Assembly (NCBI GenBank): GCA_963722255.1
Contig: CAVRJO010000001.1
Span: 160,001 to 224,000 of the forward strand
Direction: 5' to 3'
DNA: 64,000 nucleotides
Origin: Candidatus Babeliales bacterium
Lineage (GTDB): Bacteria; Babelota; Babeliae; Babelales; JANWKD01
This document shows, piece after piece, positions 21,043-29,372 of this stretch. The notes under the pieces were generated by a model, which saw only the letters and a program-made list of their open reading frames with translations, did not search any database and was not told the DNA's origin. How positions within the stretch are numbered: the stretch's first letter is position 1; the number at the start of each line of letters is the position of its first letter. Made by a program: the position numbers and the translations under genes.

Positions 21043-21870
21043 CTATCTACATGCAAGAAGTGGAAAACTCTTCAATGACGTATGCTTGTGGCCCCAAAAC
21101 TGAAATGCTGAGACAATTATTTGTTTAAGATCATTGGGTAATGATAAAGTTGGAAATAGTTCATCGCGAATTCTATTTTTGATTCTTTGACAAAGTTCCG
21201 GATCATTGACCCCTGATTCTTGAGCAAATTTCTCTATAGTTCTGCAAGGAACTCGACTAAATGTAACATGTGGCATAAATGGGTATTTATCCCCGTGAGC
21301 AAGAGGAAATAAATCAGTTTTAGTTGTGGGATTTTTTCGATAATATTGATTGAGTGAAAAGAGATTTTCTTTAATATCCTGCCGTAATTTTTTTAATGAA
21401 TCAGATGGATCACTGATTTTTACCACAATTTCATTATCAGTTCCAAAAAAATCAAAATCATTTGTTATAGTCAGCGGTCCAATAGGCCCTAAGCCCATTC
21501 CTAAACTTTGCATAAGATCAAGAGAATTAACAAATGCTGCTTCATGAACAGGTTCGATTTTACCAATATAGTATACCGATAATACGAGTTTATCCCTGAC
21601 TCCGGATTCGGGATATTTACAAGCAATTTTTTTATGCCCAATTACCTTATCCAACTCTTCAATAATAATTCGATCGATTTCTTTTTTTATTTTTTCTCCC
21701 AAAATTCGCATGCCTTTATGATTTCCAAGCTCAATAAGTACAAATGAAGCAAGATGAGGCTGCGTTTGCTTTTCTTCGCTTTTTTTAATGGGTAGCTCAG
21801 CTGACAAGTTACAATGCGTAAGCAAGAGAACACTCATAAAACTAATAAGAACAGAAAACTTACTTTTCAT
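21043..21870 (-). CDS. secreted 2H-phosphoesterase (2'-5' RNA ligase)-like protein
   Basis: Signal peptide; FMPHVTF second HxT motif; first motif degenerate. Confidence 0.55.
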   Translation of the reverse strand: MKSKFSVLISFMSVLLLTHCNLSAELPIKKSEEKQTQPHLASFVLIELGNHKGMRILGEKIKKEIDRIIIEELDKVIGHKKIACKYPESGVRDKLVLSVYYIGKIEPVHEAAFVNSLDLMQSLGMGLGPIGPLTITNDFDFFGTDNEIVVKISDPSDSLKKLRQDIKENLFSLNQYYRKNPTTKTDLFPLAHGDKYPFMPHVTFSRVPCRTIEKFAQESGVNDPELCQRIKNRIRDELFPTLSLPNDLKQIIVSAFQFWGHKHTSLKSFPLLACR

Positions 21871-21933
21871 AATTCTCTCCTGTAACGCTAGTGAATCAAA
21901 ATCATTTTAAAAATCTTTTTTCTGGTGCATATC

Positions 21934-22170
21934 TCACCTTATTGATAAAGGTGCAAATGTTGTATTCTCTAATGTATTATGTGCAAAAATTAAACATGCA
22001 AGAATATCTTCTTTCGTTAACTTAGGGTATTCCTGTACTATTTCTTCATTGGTCATTCCTTGAGCCAAAAGACCCAAAATAAATTGAACACTTAAGCGCG
22101 TTCCTTTAATGATCGGCTTACCAACCATAACCTGAGGATCAATCACGATTCGATTTATCAATTTATTCAT
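21934..22170 (-). CDS. DUF433 protein (antitoxin-like)
   Basis: RIVIDPQVMVGKPIIKGTRLSV...EYPKLTKEDILACL. Confidence 0.9.
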   Translation of the reverse strand: MNKLINRIVIDPQVMVGKPIIKGTRLSVQFILGLLAQGMTNEEIVQEYPKLTKEDILACLIFAHNTLENTTFAPLSIR

Positions 22171-22277
22171 TTTTCCCTCATATATAATCGAATAGAATTT
22201 TATTCATAATTTTACTATATTCAAAAAATTAACATAGGTATATATTTAATTTTCTGAACTTACACAAGAGGCGTTAT

Positions 22278-22478
22278 TTAACTTTTTTTAGTTACCTGAT
22301 CTTGCAAATCAGTCTTTAAATATCTCAATAGAGTTAAGAAGTTAGGCCAATCCCCCATATCACTCATTTTAAACTCATGTTTGTCCAAATTAGTGGCATC
22401 TAAAGTAATGCCTATCCCTTCAACAACAAACTTCTCTTTATACCCTGGATTCTGAACATTCCAAAGTATTTTAATCAT
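22278..22478 (-). CDS. small hypothetical protein or fragment
   Basis: 66-aa ORF. Confidence 0.3.
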   Translation of the reverse strand: MIKILWNVQNPGYKEKFVVEGIGITLDATNLDKHEFKMSDMGDWPNFLTLLRYLKTDLQDQVTKKS

Positions 22479-22532
22479 TCCATAAGGTATATATCGTCCT
22501 GAAATTTATCGAAAAAAATAACAATAAAAATT

Positions 22533-23141
22533 TCATTTATGAACAACCAAAAAGTTTTTTGCATTTTCATACCATTGAGGAAAATCTACATATAATTCTG
22601 ATGTTAAACCAAAATTTTCAGCTCCCTTGATATTATAAATATCATCATCCCAAAAAATAATATCTTCTTTCTTTTGCCCTACTATATCCAAAATGCTTTG
22701 AAAAAATGATGGTTCAGGTTTTTTTGACCCTAAATATGCAGAAGAAAAGGATCTATCGAATAATGTCTTTATTCTTTCTTCAAAAAGATTTTTTGTTCTA
22801 TATTTTTCATTATTTGTTGCCAAATAAACGTTAATGCCTTGCTTTCTTAGTTGCTGAATGATAGGCATAAATCTTTGGTCTATTATGTTATATTTCTTAT
22901 CAAACCAAAAAGCCAACAAGTCATCAACATTGCTTTTCCAACCCCATTGTTCAATATATTTGGCAATTTCTTCTTTTAAATCAGCTTTTCCTACAAGACA
23001 TAATTGAAATTCATTTTGAAAAAACGGCCTAGTCATCTCTAATGAAATATTAAACATTCTGGCTAAACGCAAATCAAATCGTTCACCATAAATCAACATT
23101 CCATCCGCATCAAAAATAACTGATTTTATATTCTCTTTCAA
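22533..23141 (-). CDS. HAD-family hydrolase
   Basis: VIFDADG, LATN, KPEP, FWDD motifs. Confidence 0.9.
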   Translation of the reverse strand: MKENIKSVIFDADGMLIYGERFDLRLARMFNISLEMTRPFFQNEFQLCLVGKADLKEEIAKYIEQWGWKSNVDDLLAFWFDKKYNIIDQRFMPIIQQLRKQGINVYLATNNEKYRTKNLFEERIKTLFDRSFSSAYLGSKKPEPSFFQSILDIVGQKKEDIIFWDDDIYNIKGAENFGLTSELYVDFPQWYENAKNFLVVHK

Positions 23142-23175
23142 AATATATACCTTATAATTAGGTTGAGTGAATAAC

Positions 23176-23634
23176 TCAACAAATTCTAGACACTTTTTTA
23201 ATCAAAATCCATTCAAACGATTCAAGCGTACGTTCAATTGTTTCAATCCTACCAATTATTGAATCGAGTAAACAATCTGAATGAAAAAAATCTGGGGACA
23301 ACAGCGTATTGGGTATTTCATCGTACCAATTTTTGTCTTGATTTAAAGAATAAACAGTAGCTTCACAAAATTCAATTCGTTGAAAAATATAAAAATAACC
23401 ATCATTTTCTACAATAGCAAATTTAATTTTAGAATCATGCGAAATAAAAATTATTTGGGCTATTGTACTTGTTGTTAAACCCTTTTGCACTAAATCATTT
23501 TTCATTAAGGATGAACAACCAAAAAGCTCTTCAAGTACCTCAATAAGTTCATCTTTAATCTCTAATGCGTAAATTTGATTTATAGACCCTAGCCCGAACA
23601 TGAAGAAAAAAAATAGGAACAATTTTTTTAACAT
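23176..23634 (-). CDS. secreted hypothetical protein
   Basis: Signal peptide; GGGG SD-like element. Confidence 0.55.
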   Translation of the reverse strand: MLKKLFLFFFFMFGLGSINQIYALEIKDELIEVLEELFGCSSLMKNDLVQKGLTTSTIAQIIFISHDSKIKFAIVENDGYFYIFQRIEFCEATVYSLNQDKNWYDEIPNTLLSPDFFHSDCLLDSIIGRIETIERTLESFEWILIKKVSRIC

Positions 23635-23724
23635 AGCAACCCCAAATAAACAGAAATCATTATTTTTCTAATATTTTTTAATTCATTTAAAGAACTGGCC
23701 CGCCAGGCATTTCAAATATATTAC

Positions 23725-25167
23725 TGTTAGCGCAAAGTGATAAGTTCCTATTATAGCGCAAAGTAAAAAGTTCCGGTTTTTAGGGTAAACTTAATCTTGT
23801 AAACAAAAAGAAAAACTCTAAAAATGCAACGGAACTTATATGGAATATATTACCATGAATCGCAAAGAACGAGAACAGGCAAAAGTGTTTGTTCAGGTTA
23901 AAGAAGGAAAAATGACACAGGCAGAGGCTGCAGCCCGTCTGAGATTTACAGAGCGGTGGGTCAGAGAAAAATATGGAAGATATTGTGAATCTGACGACTT
24001 TGGCCTTGTACATGGCAATAGGGGAAAAGAAAGCCCAAATAGATGGGATCAAGGAGAAGAACGATTGTTAATCTCATTGTTAGAAAGCGATTGGCAAGGC
24101 TTTGGGCCAACCTTTGCGGCTGAAAAACTTAAAGAGTTGCATGGAATAAAGATAAGTCGAGAAGCTGTTAGAAAGGTCATGATTAAGGCAGGAATATGGC
24201 AACCTAAAAAACAGCGCAGCAAGCATCGCAAGCGACGAGAAAGAAGGCGTATGTTTGGCATAATGATTCAGCTTGATGGCTCTCCACATGACTGGTTTGA
24301 AGGGCGTGCTGGGGTATGTACCTTACTTGTTTTTATTGACGATGCTACTGGCCAAATCCTTTGGCTTGAGTTTGCCCCTTCTGAATCGATGCATGCTTTA
24401 ATGACCGCAACTAAAAATTACGTTGAAAAATATGGGATTCCTCAAACTTTTTATACTGACCACGGTTCTGTTTTCCATGTTAATTTGAATAATCAAGAAA
24501 ATATTAAAAAGACCCAATGGGAGCGCGCTTGTAAAGATTTGGGAATTGATGTTATACATGCCAATAGTCCTCAGGCAAAGGGCCGCGTTGAACGTTGCAA
24601 TCAAACCCTTCAAGATCGCCTTATTAAGGAAATGAGACTTGCTGGGATATCATCAATAGATCAAGCAAATAATTATCTGCGAACAAGCAATTATATTGCA
24701 AAGCATAATGCTGCATTTCAAGTTCCTGCTGCCCAAGAAGGCGATGCCCATGCTAGCGCTCAATCATTTGATTTAAACGATATATTTAGCACTCAAGAGA
24801 CTCGTATTCTTACGAATGATTTTACTATTACCTACCAAAAACAGATTTTTCAATTAAGCGATCAGCAAAAAACAATCATTTTTCCAAAAAATACCATTGT
24901 TGTTAAAGTACATTTAAATGGAACCATAAAACTGTGGATTCGAAAAACAGAACTTTCTTTTAGCGAAATCTACCAACCCCCCAAATTCAGGAGAAAAAAA
25001 TATCTGACTGTATACCAAGAAAGCCTTCAAAAAATAGCCAACGTTTGGCAGGCTGGTTGCCCCCTAGTGAGAGTAGGTTGAAGCCGGTCGCGCCGGCCGT
25101 GGAGGCGCTTTAATGTTAGGAACTTTTTACTTTGCTAAATACCGGAACTTTTCACGTTGCGTTGACA
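23725..25167 (+). mobile_element. IS1202-family insertion sequence with a 17-bp target duplication
   Basis: TGT...ACA ends; imperfect IRs tgttagcgcaaagtgataagttcc / ggaacttttcacgttgcgttgaca with internal repeats; direct repeat catttcaaatatattac at 23708-23724 and 25168-25184. Confidence 0.9.
23840..25081 (+). CDS. DDE transposase (IS1202/ISNCY type)
   Basis: HGNRGK, GPTFAAEKL, QLDGSPHDWFEGR, IDDATG, YTD, PQAKGRVER..QTLQDRL. Confidence 0.92.
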   Translation: MEYITMNRKEREQAKVFVQVKEGKMTQAEAAARLRFTERWVREKYGRYCESDDFGLVHGNRGKESPNRWDQGEERLLISLLESDWQGFGPTFAAEKLKELHGIKISREAVRKVMIKAGIWQPKKQRSKHRKRRERRRMFGIMIQLDGSPHDWFEGRAGVCTLLVFIDDATGQILWLEFAPSESMHALMTATKNYVEKYGIPQTFYTDHGSVFHVNLNNQENIKKTQWERACKDLGIDVIHANSPQAKGRVERCNQTLQDRLIKEMRLAGISSIDQANNYLRTSNYIAKHNAAFQVPAAQEGDAHASAQSFDLNDIFSTQETRILTNDFTITYQKQIFQLSDQQKTIIFPKNTIVVKVHLNGTIKLWIRKTELSFSEIYQPPKFRRKKYLTVYQESLQKIANVWQAGCPLVRVG

Positions 25168-25180
25168 CATTTCAAATATA

Positions 25181-25423
25181 TTACCATAATCTTCTTTTTG
25201 CAAATGCATACCCAGACCCAGATTTAATATATTTTTCAAACTCTAATGCCTTAGCTTCCTCATCAAATCCAATAGATGATATCAATTTCCATGGCTTATA
25301 ATCGGAAGTATAAACAGAACCACCTTCATTATGCTTTTGTAACCGCTCTCTTACATTGGTAGTAAAACCAACATAGGTTTTATTGGGATCTTTTAACGAT
25401 TTTAATAAATAGACATAGAACAT
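25181..25423 (-). CDS. small stand-alone GIY-YIG nuclease
   Basis: MFYVYLLKS...TYVGFT...RLQKHN.G...YT..YKPW...FEKYIKSGSG. Confidence 0.92.
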   Translation of the reverse strand: MFYVYLLKSLKDPNKTYVGFTTNVRERLQKHNEGGSVYTSDYKPWKLISSIGFDEEAKALEFEKYIKSGSGYAFAKRRLW

Positions 25424-25575
25424 AAGAAAACAGATTTAAAGTTATAATAAGACTGCCCTACTACGCTAAAGCTACGAAGGACATACTTCGCTTTTTAGTC
25501 ACAATAACCATCTTTTTAATAAAATTTTACTTCCTTTAAAAGGATGGCCTGCCATACGAAGCTTTACGCGAAGTA

Positions 25576-25653
25576 TGGCGGAGGCTGATGGGACTCGAAC
25601 CCACGACCTTCCGCGTGACAGGCGGACGCTCTAACCAACTGAGCTACAGCTCC
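25576..25653 (-). tRNA. tRNA-Asp(GTC)
   Basis: Cloverleaf GGAGCTGTAGCTCAGTTGGTTAGAGC...CTGTCAC...TTCGAGT...GCCA; one extra C in the 3' acceptor strand. Confidence 0.9.
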
Positions 25654-25773
25654 AACTAAGATTATTCCACTATGGCGTCAGTTCTACTACGCTCTATGAG
25701 CTACGAAGAACAAGCAGAAAACTGGCCTGCCATTCGAAGTTTGCCAAGCCGGAAGGCCTGGATAAACGTAGAA

Positions 25774-25849
25774 TGGCTCCTCGGGCTGGACTCGAACCAG
25801 CGACCTAACGATTAACAGTCGTTTGCTCTACCAACTGAGCTACCGAGGA
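25774..25849 (-). tRNA. tRNA-Asn(GTT)
   Basis: TCCTCGGTAGCTCAG...CTGTTAA...TTCGAGT...CCGAGGAGCCA. Confidence 0.95.
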
Positions 25850-25934
25850 ACAAATTTCAACTATTTCAAAAACTGGCCTACTTTATTATTGATATCGAAG
25901 AATGGCCTGCCAGTCATTTCTGAGGGAAATGTAC

Positions 25935-26010
25935 TGGTGGGCGGTACTGGACTCGAACCAGTGACCCCCAGTTTGTAAGACTGATGCTCTACCAACTGAG
26001 CTAACCGCCC
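25935..26010 (-). tRNA. tRNA-Val(TAC)
   Basis: GGGCGGTTAGCTCAG...CTTACAA...TTCGAGT...ACCGCCCACCA. Confidence 0.95.
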
Positions 26011-26152
26011 ACTATCAAAGTGGACAGAACAAATTCTAAAGAAAAAGATTAAAAAAGTCAAAAAAGAATTCATAAATATTTATAAATCATCACATTTTAT
26101 TATAGACTACTATAAAACCTAACCACGTATGAGACAATCACTAAAGGATTCT

Positions 26153-27073
26153 ATGGCAAAAACCGCTGATTTTTTCAAAAACATCTTCATTCTACTGCTT
26201 GTACTTCAATTTGCTCCAATGCTCTTTGAAAGCATCAAAAAACAGTACAGCCGTTATTTTGAACCACATACTAAAGTCGGGTATCTAGCAATTAAAGGGA
26301 TTCTCCTTAATTCATCATATTATGTTCATCATCTTAAGAAGCTTTTTGAAGACAAAGAAGTTAAAGCTATTCTTGTATATATTGAATCACCCGGTGGCGC
26401 AGCAGGTACAGCGGAAGCAATTGCGCATGAAATCGAACAACTCAAAAAGGAACATCCTAAACCAATTATAACGATAGCGGAAAATATTGTTGCTTCAGGT
26501 GGTTACTATATTGCAGCTGCAACAGATTATATTATTGCATCTCCTTCAACGCTTGTTGGTAGCATTGGCGTCAGCATTCCGGGCCAATTTAAGTTGCATG
26601 ATTTTATTGAGCAGTACAAAATACATTATAACGTCATAAAAGCCGGAGAATATAAAGCAGTTACTGATCCTTTTGCTGAAGTAACACCAGGGCAAAATGC
26701 TCTTTTAACCAATGTTGCTGAAAGCAGTTATGAAAACTTTCTTGAACATGTTTCTTCACATCGTCCTAAATTGGAACTAGAACATGCTGCATCGTGGGCT
26801 GATGGTAAAATTTTCACAGGAAAACAGGCTCTTTCATTAGGCCTCATCGATCTCATTGGATCACAATCAAATGCTCTTCAAAAAATTAAAGAGATGACCA
26901 TTATTGAAGGCACCATTGAATGGATAAAACCTGAAAAGGTTTCCAACTTTTGGACACTGTTATTTGGTTCGCCTGATTACACTGATGGCAGTGATTCATT
27001 CATGACAAGAATGGTTAATTCACTATGCCTCACCCTTGAAGAACGATATGGATCGGTAAAAGGAATTATGTAG
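26153..27073 (+). CDS. sppA: signal peptide peptidase A (S49)
   Basis: IESPGG, ASGGYYIA, GSIGV, KAGEYK, DGKIFTG..A..LGLID. Confidence 0.9.
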   Translation: MAKTADFFKNIFILLLVLQFAPMLFESIKKQYSRYFEPHTKVGYLAIKGILLNSSYYVHHLKKLFEDKEVKAILVYIESPGGAAGTAEAIAHEIEQLKKEHPKPIITIAENIVASGGYYIAAATDYIIASPSTLVGSIGVSIPGQFKLHDFIEQYKIHYNVIKAGEYKAVTDPFAEVTPGQNALLTNVAESSYENFLEHVSSHRPKLELEHAASWADGKIFTGKQALSLGLIDLIGSQSNALQKIKEMTIIEGTIEWIKPEKVSNFWTLLFGSPDYTDGSDSFMTRMVNSLCLTLEERYGSVKGIM

Positions 27074-27896
27074 TTTCTTGCCCCTTTTTAATAAGGTAAC
27101 AATATTCGAGTTCTTCAAGTTTAAGCAATGGCTTTACAATAATTTTATAATAGAGACCATCATGCTCAAAAGAAGCTATACGGCCAATACCAAAACCTTG
27201 CGGAAATATAAGTCCTTCACCGCTTGATATGAGAATTTCATTTACGCTTAGCTGAGATAAATGGCTCACAAATTGTAAATTAGAATAGTGTTGATTAGAC
27301 CCTTCATGAATGCCTCGTGCTTTTGAAGAACGACAATATGCAGCAACCTTGCAGCAGCTATCGGTTATTAAACGTACTTTACTATAATAGGGATAAACAA
27401 ATTCAACACGACCAATTAAACAACTTTTATAGACAGCAACCATATCAACTTCAGCACCGTGCAAAGATCCACAATCAACAAGAAGCGAATGCTCATGAGG
27501 AGAAAATTCTTTTAAAATCACTTGTGCTAAAAGAGATTTTTGAACTTCATAACGCTTCTTAAAAGAAATAAGTTCTTGTATATTTTCTAAAAAATGGCCC
27601 GATGCATGCAATGAAACGTTTTCTGCCAAAAGAGAACTGTTCTCTTCTCGCAGACTAGCAATTTTTTCTTGCAAGCTGTGGTTTTTTTGCCACGATTTTT
27701 TATATCGAGAAACTTTTTTAACTATGCTCTGTTGCATTTGAAGAAACGGATATACCAAAGTCGAAGCTACTGATTCAGCAACGCCTGTTGTTTTATAAAC
27801 CATTTGATAACCAACAAAATAGAAAACAACGCTGATCAAAAGTAATAATGATACTGTTTTTGCTCTAAGAGCAATCATACTCAATCCCTCACACAT
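27066..27896 (-). CDS. mreC: rod shape-determining protein MreC
   Basis: TM helix, coiled coil, LIGRV..V....SKVRLITD, SSG.GLIFP.G..IG. Confidence 0.88.
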   Translation of the reverse strand: MCEGLSMIALRAKTVSLLLLISVVFYFVGYQMVYKTTGVAESVASTLVYPFLQMQQSIVKKVSRYKKSWQKNHSLQEKIASLREENSSLLAENVSLHASGHFLENIQELISFKKRYEVQKSLLAQVILKEFSPHEHSLLVDCGSLHGAEVDMVAVYKSCLIGRVEFVYPYYSKVRLITDSCCKVAAYCRSSKARGIHEGSNQHYSNLQFVSHLSQLSVNEILISSGEGLIFPQGFGIGRIASFEHDGLYYKIIVKPLLKLEELEYCYLIKKGQETT

Positions 27897-28050
27897 TTTT
27901 TATATATATTTTCATGAGCCTCTTAAGCTTTTTATACATTTTATAGCTCAGTTGAATAAAGTATAATAATTCTTTTTATTGAATGCTAATCAGTGCCTAT
28001 GATAGGCTTACAAAAAAAATATTGGATCATTATAGTAGCAAGGAGAAATA

Positions 28051-28458
28051 ATGGAAGGTCACTACAACCAAGAACACAAAAAAAGCTTTACAAATTGTAT
28101 AGAGATTTGTCAAAGAACAATTGATACGTGTCAAAAAGTGATAGATATGTGCAGTGCTAATGATAATATCGATTGTGCTGAGCATGTTGGTCTTTCTGTA
28201 AAAGAGTGTGCCGAATGCATCGAAGCATGTAAAATCTGTATAAAATCTTGTCGTAAACATGTAGAAGAATGTCATGATGAGGCATGTATTAAAAAAGCAG
28301 AATGGTGCATTAAAAAATGCCAAGATGCGATCGACGCCTGTGAGCTTTGCATGCAAGAATGCAAAGGTGGCAATAAAGCATGCATTGACAAATGCTTAAT
28401 CTGTATCGAAACTTGCGGTAAATGTTCAGAAGCATGCCAAAAATTTATGCAACCTTAA
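28051..28458 (+). CDS. Cys-rich helical-bundle metal (copper) storage-like protein
   Basis: About 23 Cys in CxxC/CxxxC helical spacing; AGGAG SD. Confidence 0.7.
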   Translation: MEGHYNQEHKKSFTNCIEICQRTIDTCQKVIDMCSANDNIDCAEHVGLSVKECAECIEACKICIKSCRKHVEECHDEACIKKAEWCIKKCQDAIDACELCMQECKGGNKACIDKCLICIETCGKCSEACQKFMQP

Positions 28459-29297
28459 AAACGATATGCAATTTTAAAGGCTGTACTATTATTAAACGAG
28501 GGCACACATTCAACAGACCACTGTGCTTCCAGTTTTTGATTAATTACTGCATTTGCTGCATAGGCAAATAGGAGTCCCAATCCGGCTCCTGCAATAAGCT
28601 GAGAGAGATAATGGCGGTTGCAATTGAGAAAATCCGCAAAAACAAATGATGCAAAAAGCCCTAAGGGAACTCCCCATGCAAAACCATGCCGCATACCAAA
28701 TAATGACGTCATATATACGACATTAGCCATATGCCCTGATGGAAACCCCCCCGATGAACGATGTTTTTTATCAAACTGTTCATGCCATGGGCGCAGACAC
28801 GATTTAAATCGTAATTTTTTAATAATATCTTTTCCTGAATGCACAAAGGGTAACCCAATGGCAAAAATCCGTGCAGTCGTGCGAAGATCTTCGTTCCATC
28901 CCCATACTGCCAAACTTGAAAGAAAAACCATTGGAATTCCAATGCCATAATGAGCAATATCATGACACTTTTGAGGTAACTGATAAATATTTTTATGAGA
29001 TTTTGAATCATAAAAATTATTTTGAATTCGTTCATCAGCCATACGCGAGGCAAGATAAAAGGGAGTAACCCCTGTAACAATATGAACCGATTGCATAGAA
29101 AGAAGTTTGACATGGAGCATCACCGCATCAACAATAATTTCACCAAAAAAACGTGCTGCCTTATGCATGCATCTTTGTTTTTTTATTTTTTTTGTACAAT
29201 AAATATTTCTTGGATAGATGTCAGAAGAAGATACAAGAATATGCGTAACCAGGAAATAACAGATAATGATCAAAAAAGAATTTTTACTACTGCACAT
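28455..29297 (-). CDS. PAP2-family phosphatase
   Basis: K......RP, FPSGH, NRHYLSQLIAG. Confidence 0.85.
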   Translation of the reverse strand: MCSSKNSFLIIICYFLVTHILVSSSDIYPRNIYCTKKIKKQRCMHKAARFFGEIIVDAVMLHVKLLSMQSVHIVTGVTPFYLASRMADERIQNNFYDSKSHKNIYQLPQKCHDIAHYGIGIPMVFLSSLAVWGWNEDLRTTARIFAIGLPFVHSGKDIIKKLRFKSCLRPWHEQFDKKHRSSGGFPSGHMANVVYMTSLFGMRHGFAWGVPLGLFASFVFADFLNCNRHYLSQLIAGAGLGLLFAYAANAVINQKLEAQWSVECVPSFNNSTAFKIAYRF

Positions 29298-29372
29298 ACT
29301 ACTTAAACACTTTTTTTATTGCAAAACTAGTTCCTATTCTTTCAACGTAAACAATTGTTTAAAAAAAAACCA

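Larger units (their letters stand above)
25454..25938. repeat. family of REP-like hairpins interleaved with the tRNA genes
   Basis: Copies at 25454-25483, 25545-25579, 25681-25711, 25723-25777 and 25903-25938; most have GAA/GTA internal loops, and three start with tggcctgcca. Confidence 0.75.

Noticed and set aside
21934..22170. Complete toxin-antitoxin pair
   Set aside because: No PIN/DUF5615-like toxin ORF is adjacent to either DUF433 copy
2740..23640. Integron cassette array, suggested by many small co-oriented genes
   Set aside because: No integrase and no recurring attC-like RYYYAAC...GTTRRRY sites; the intergenic hairpins look like terminators
23708..23724. dif/XerCD site as the IS target
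   Set aside because: No convincing XerC/XerD 11-6-11 consensus, and the long duplication does not match the short-duplication Xer-targeting subgroup
25454..25938. Possible CRISPR array
   Set aside because: The repeats are not identical or regularly spaced, the intervening sequences are tRNA genes, and no cas genes are present
25861..26073. 70-aa ORF
   Set aside because: It overlaps tRNA-Val on the same strand and is a translation of tRNA sequence
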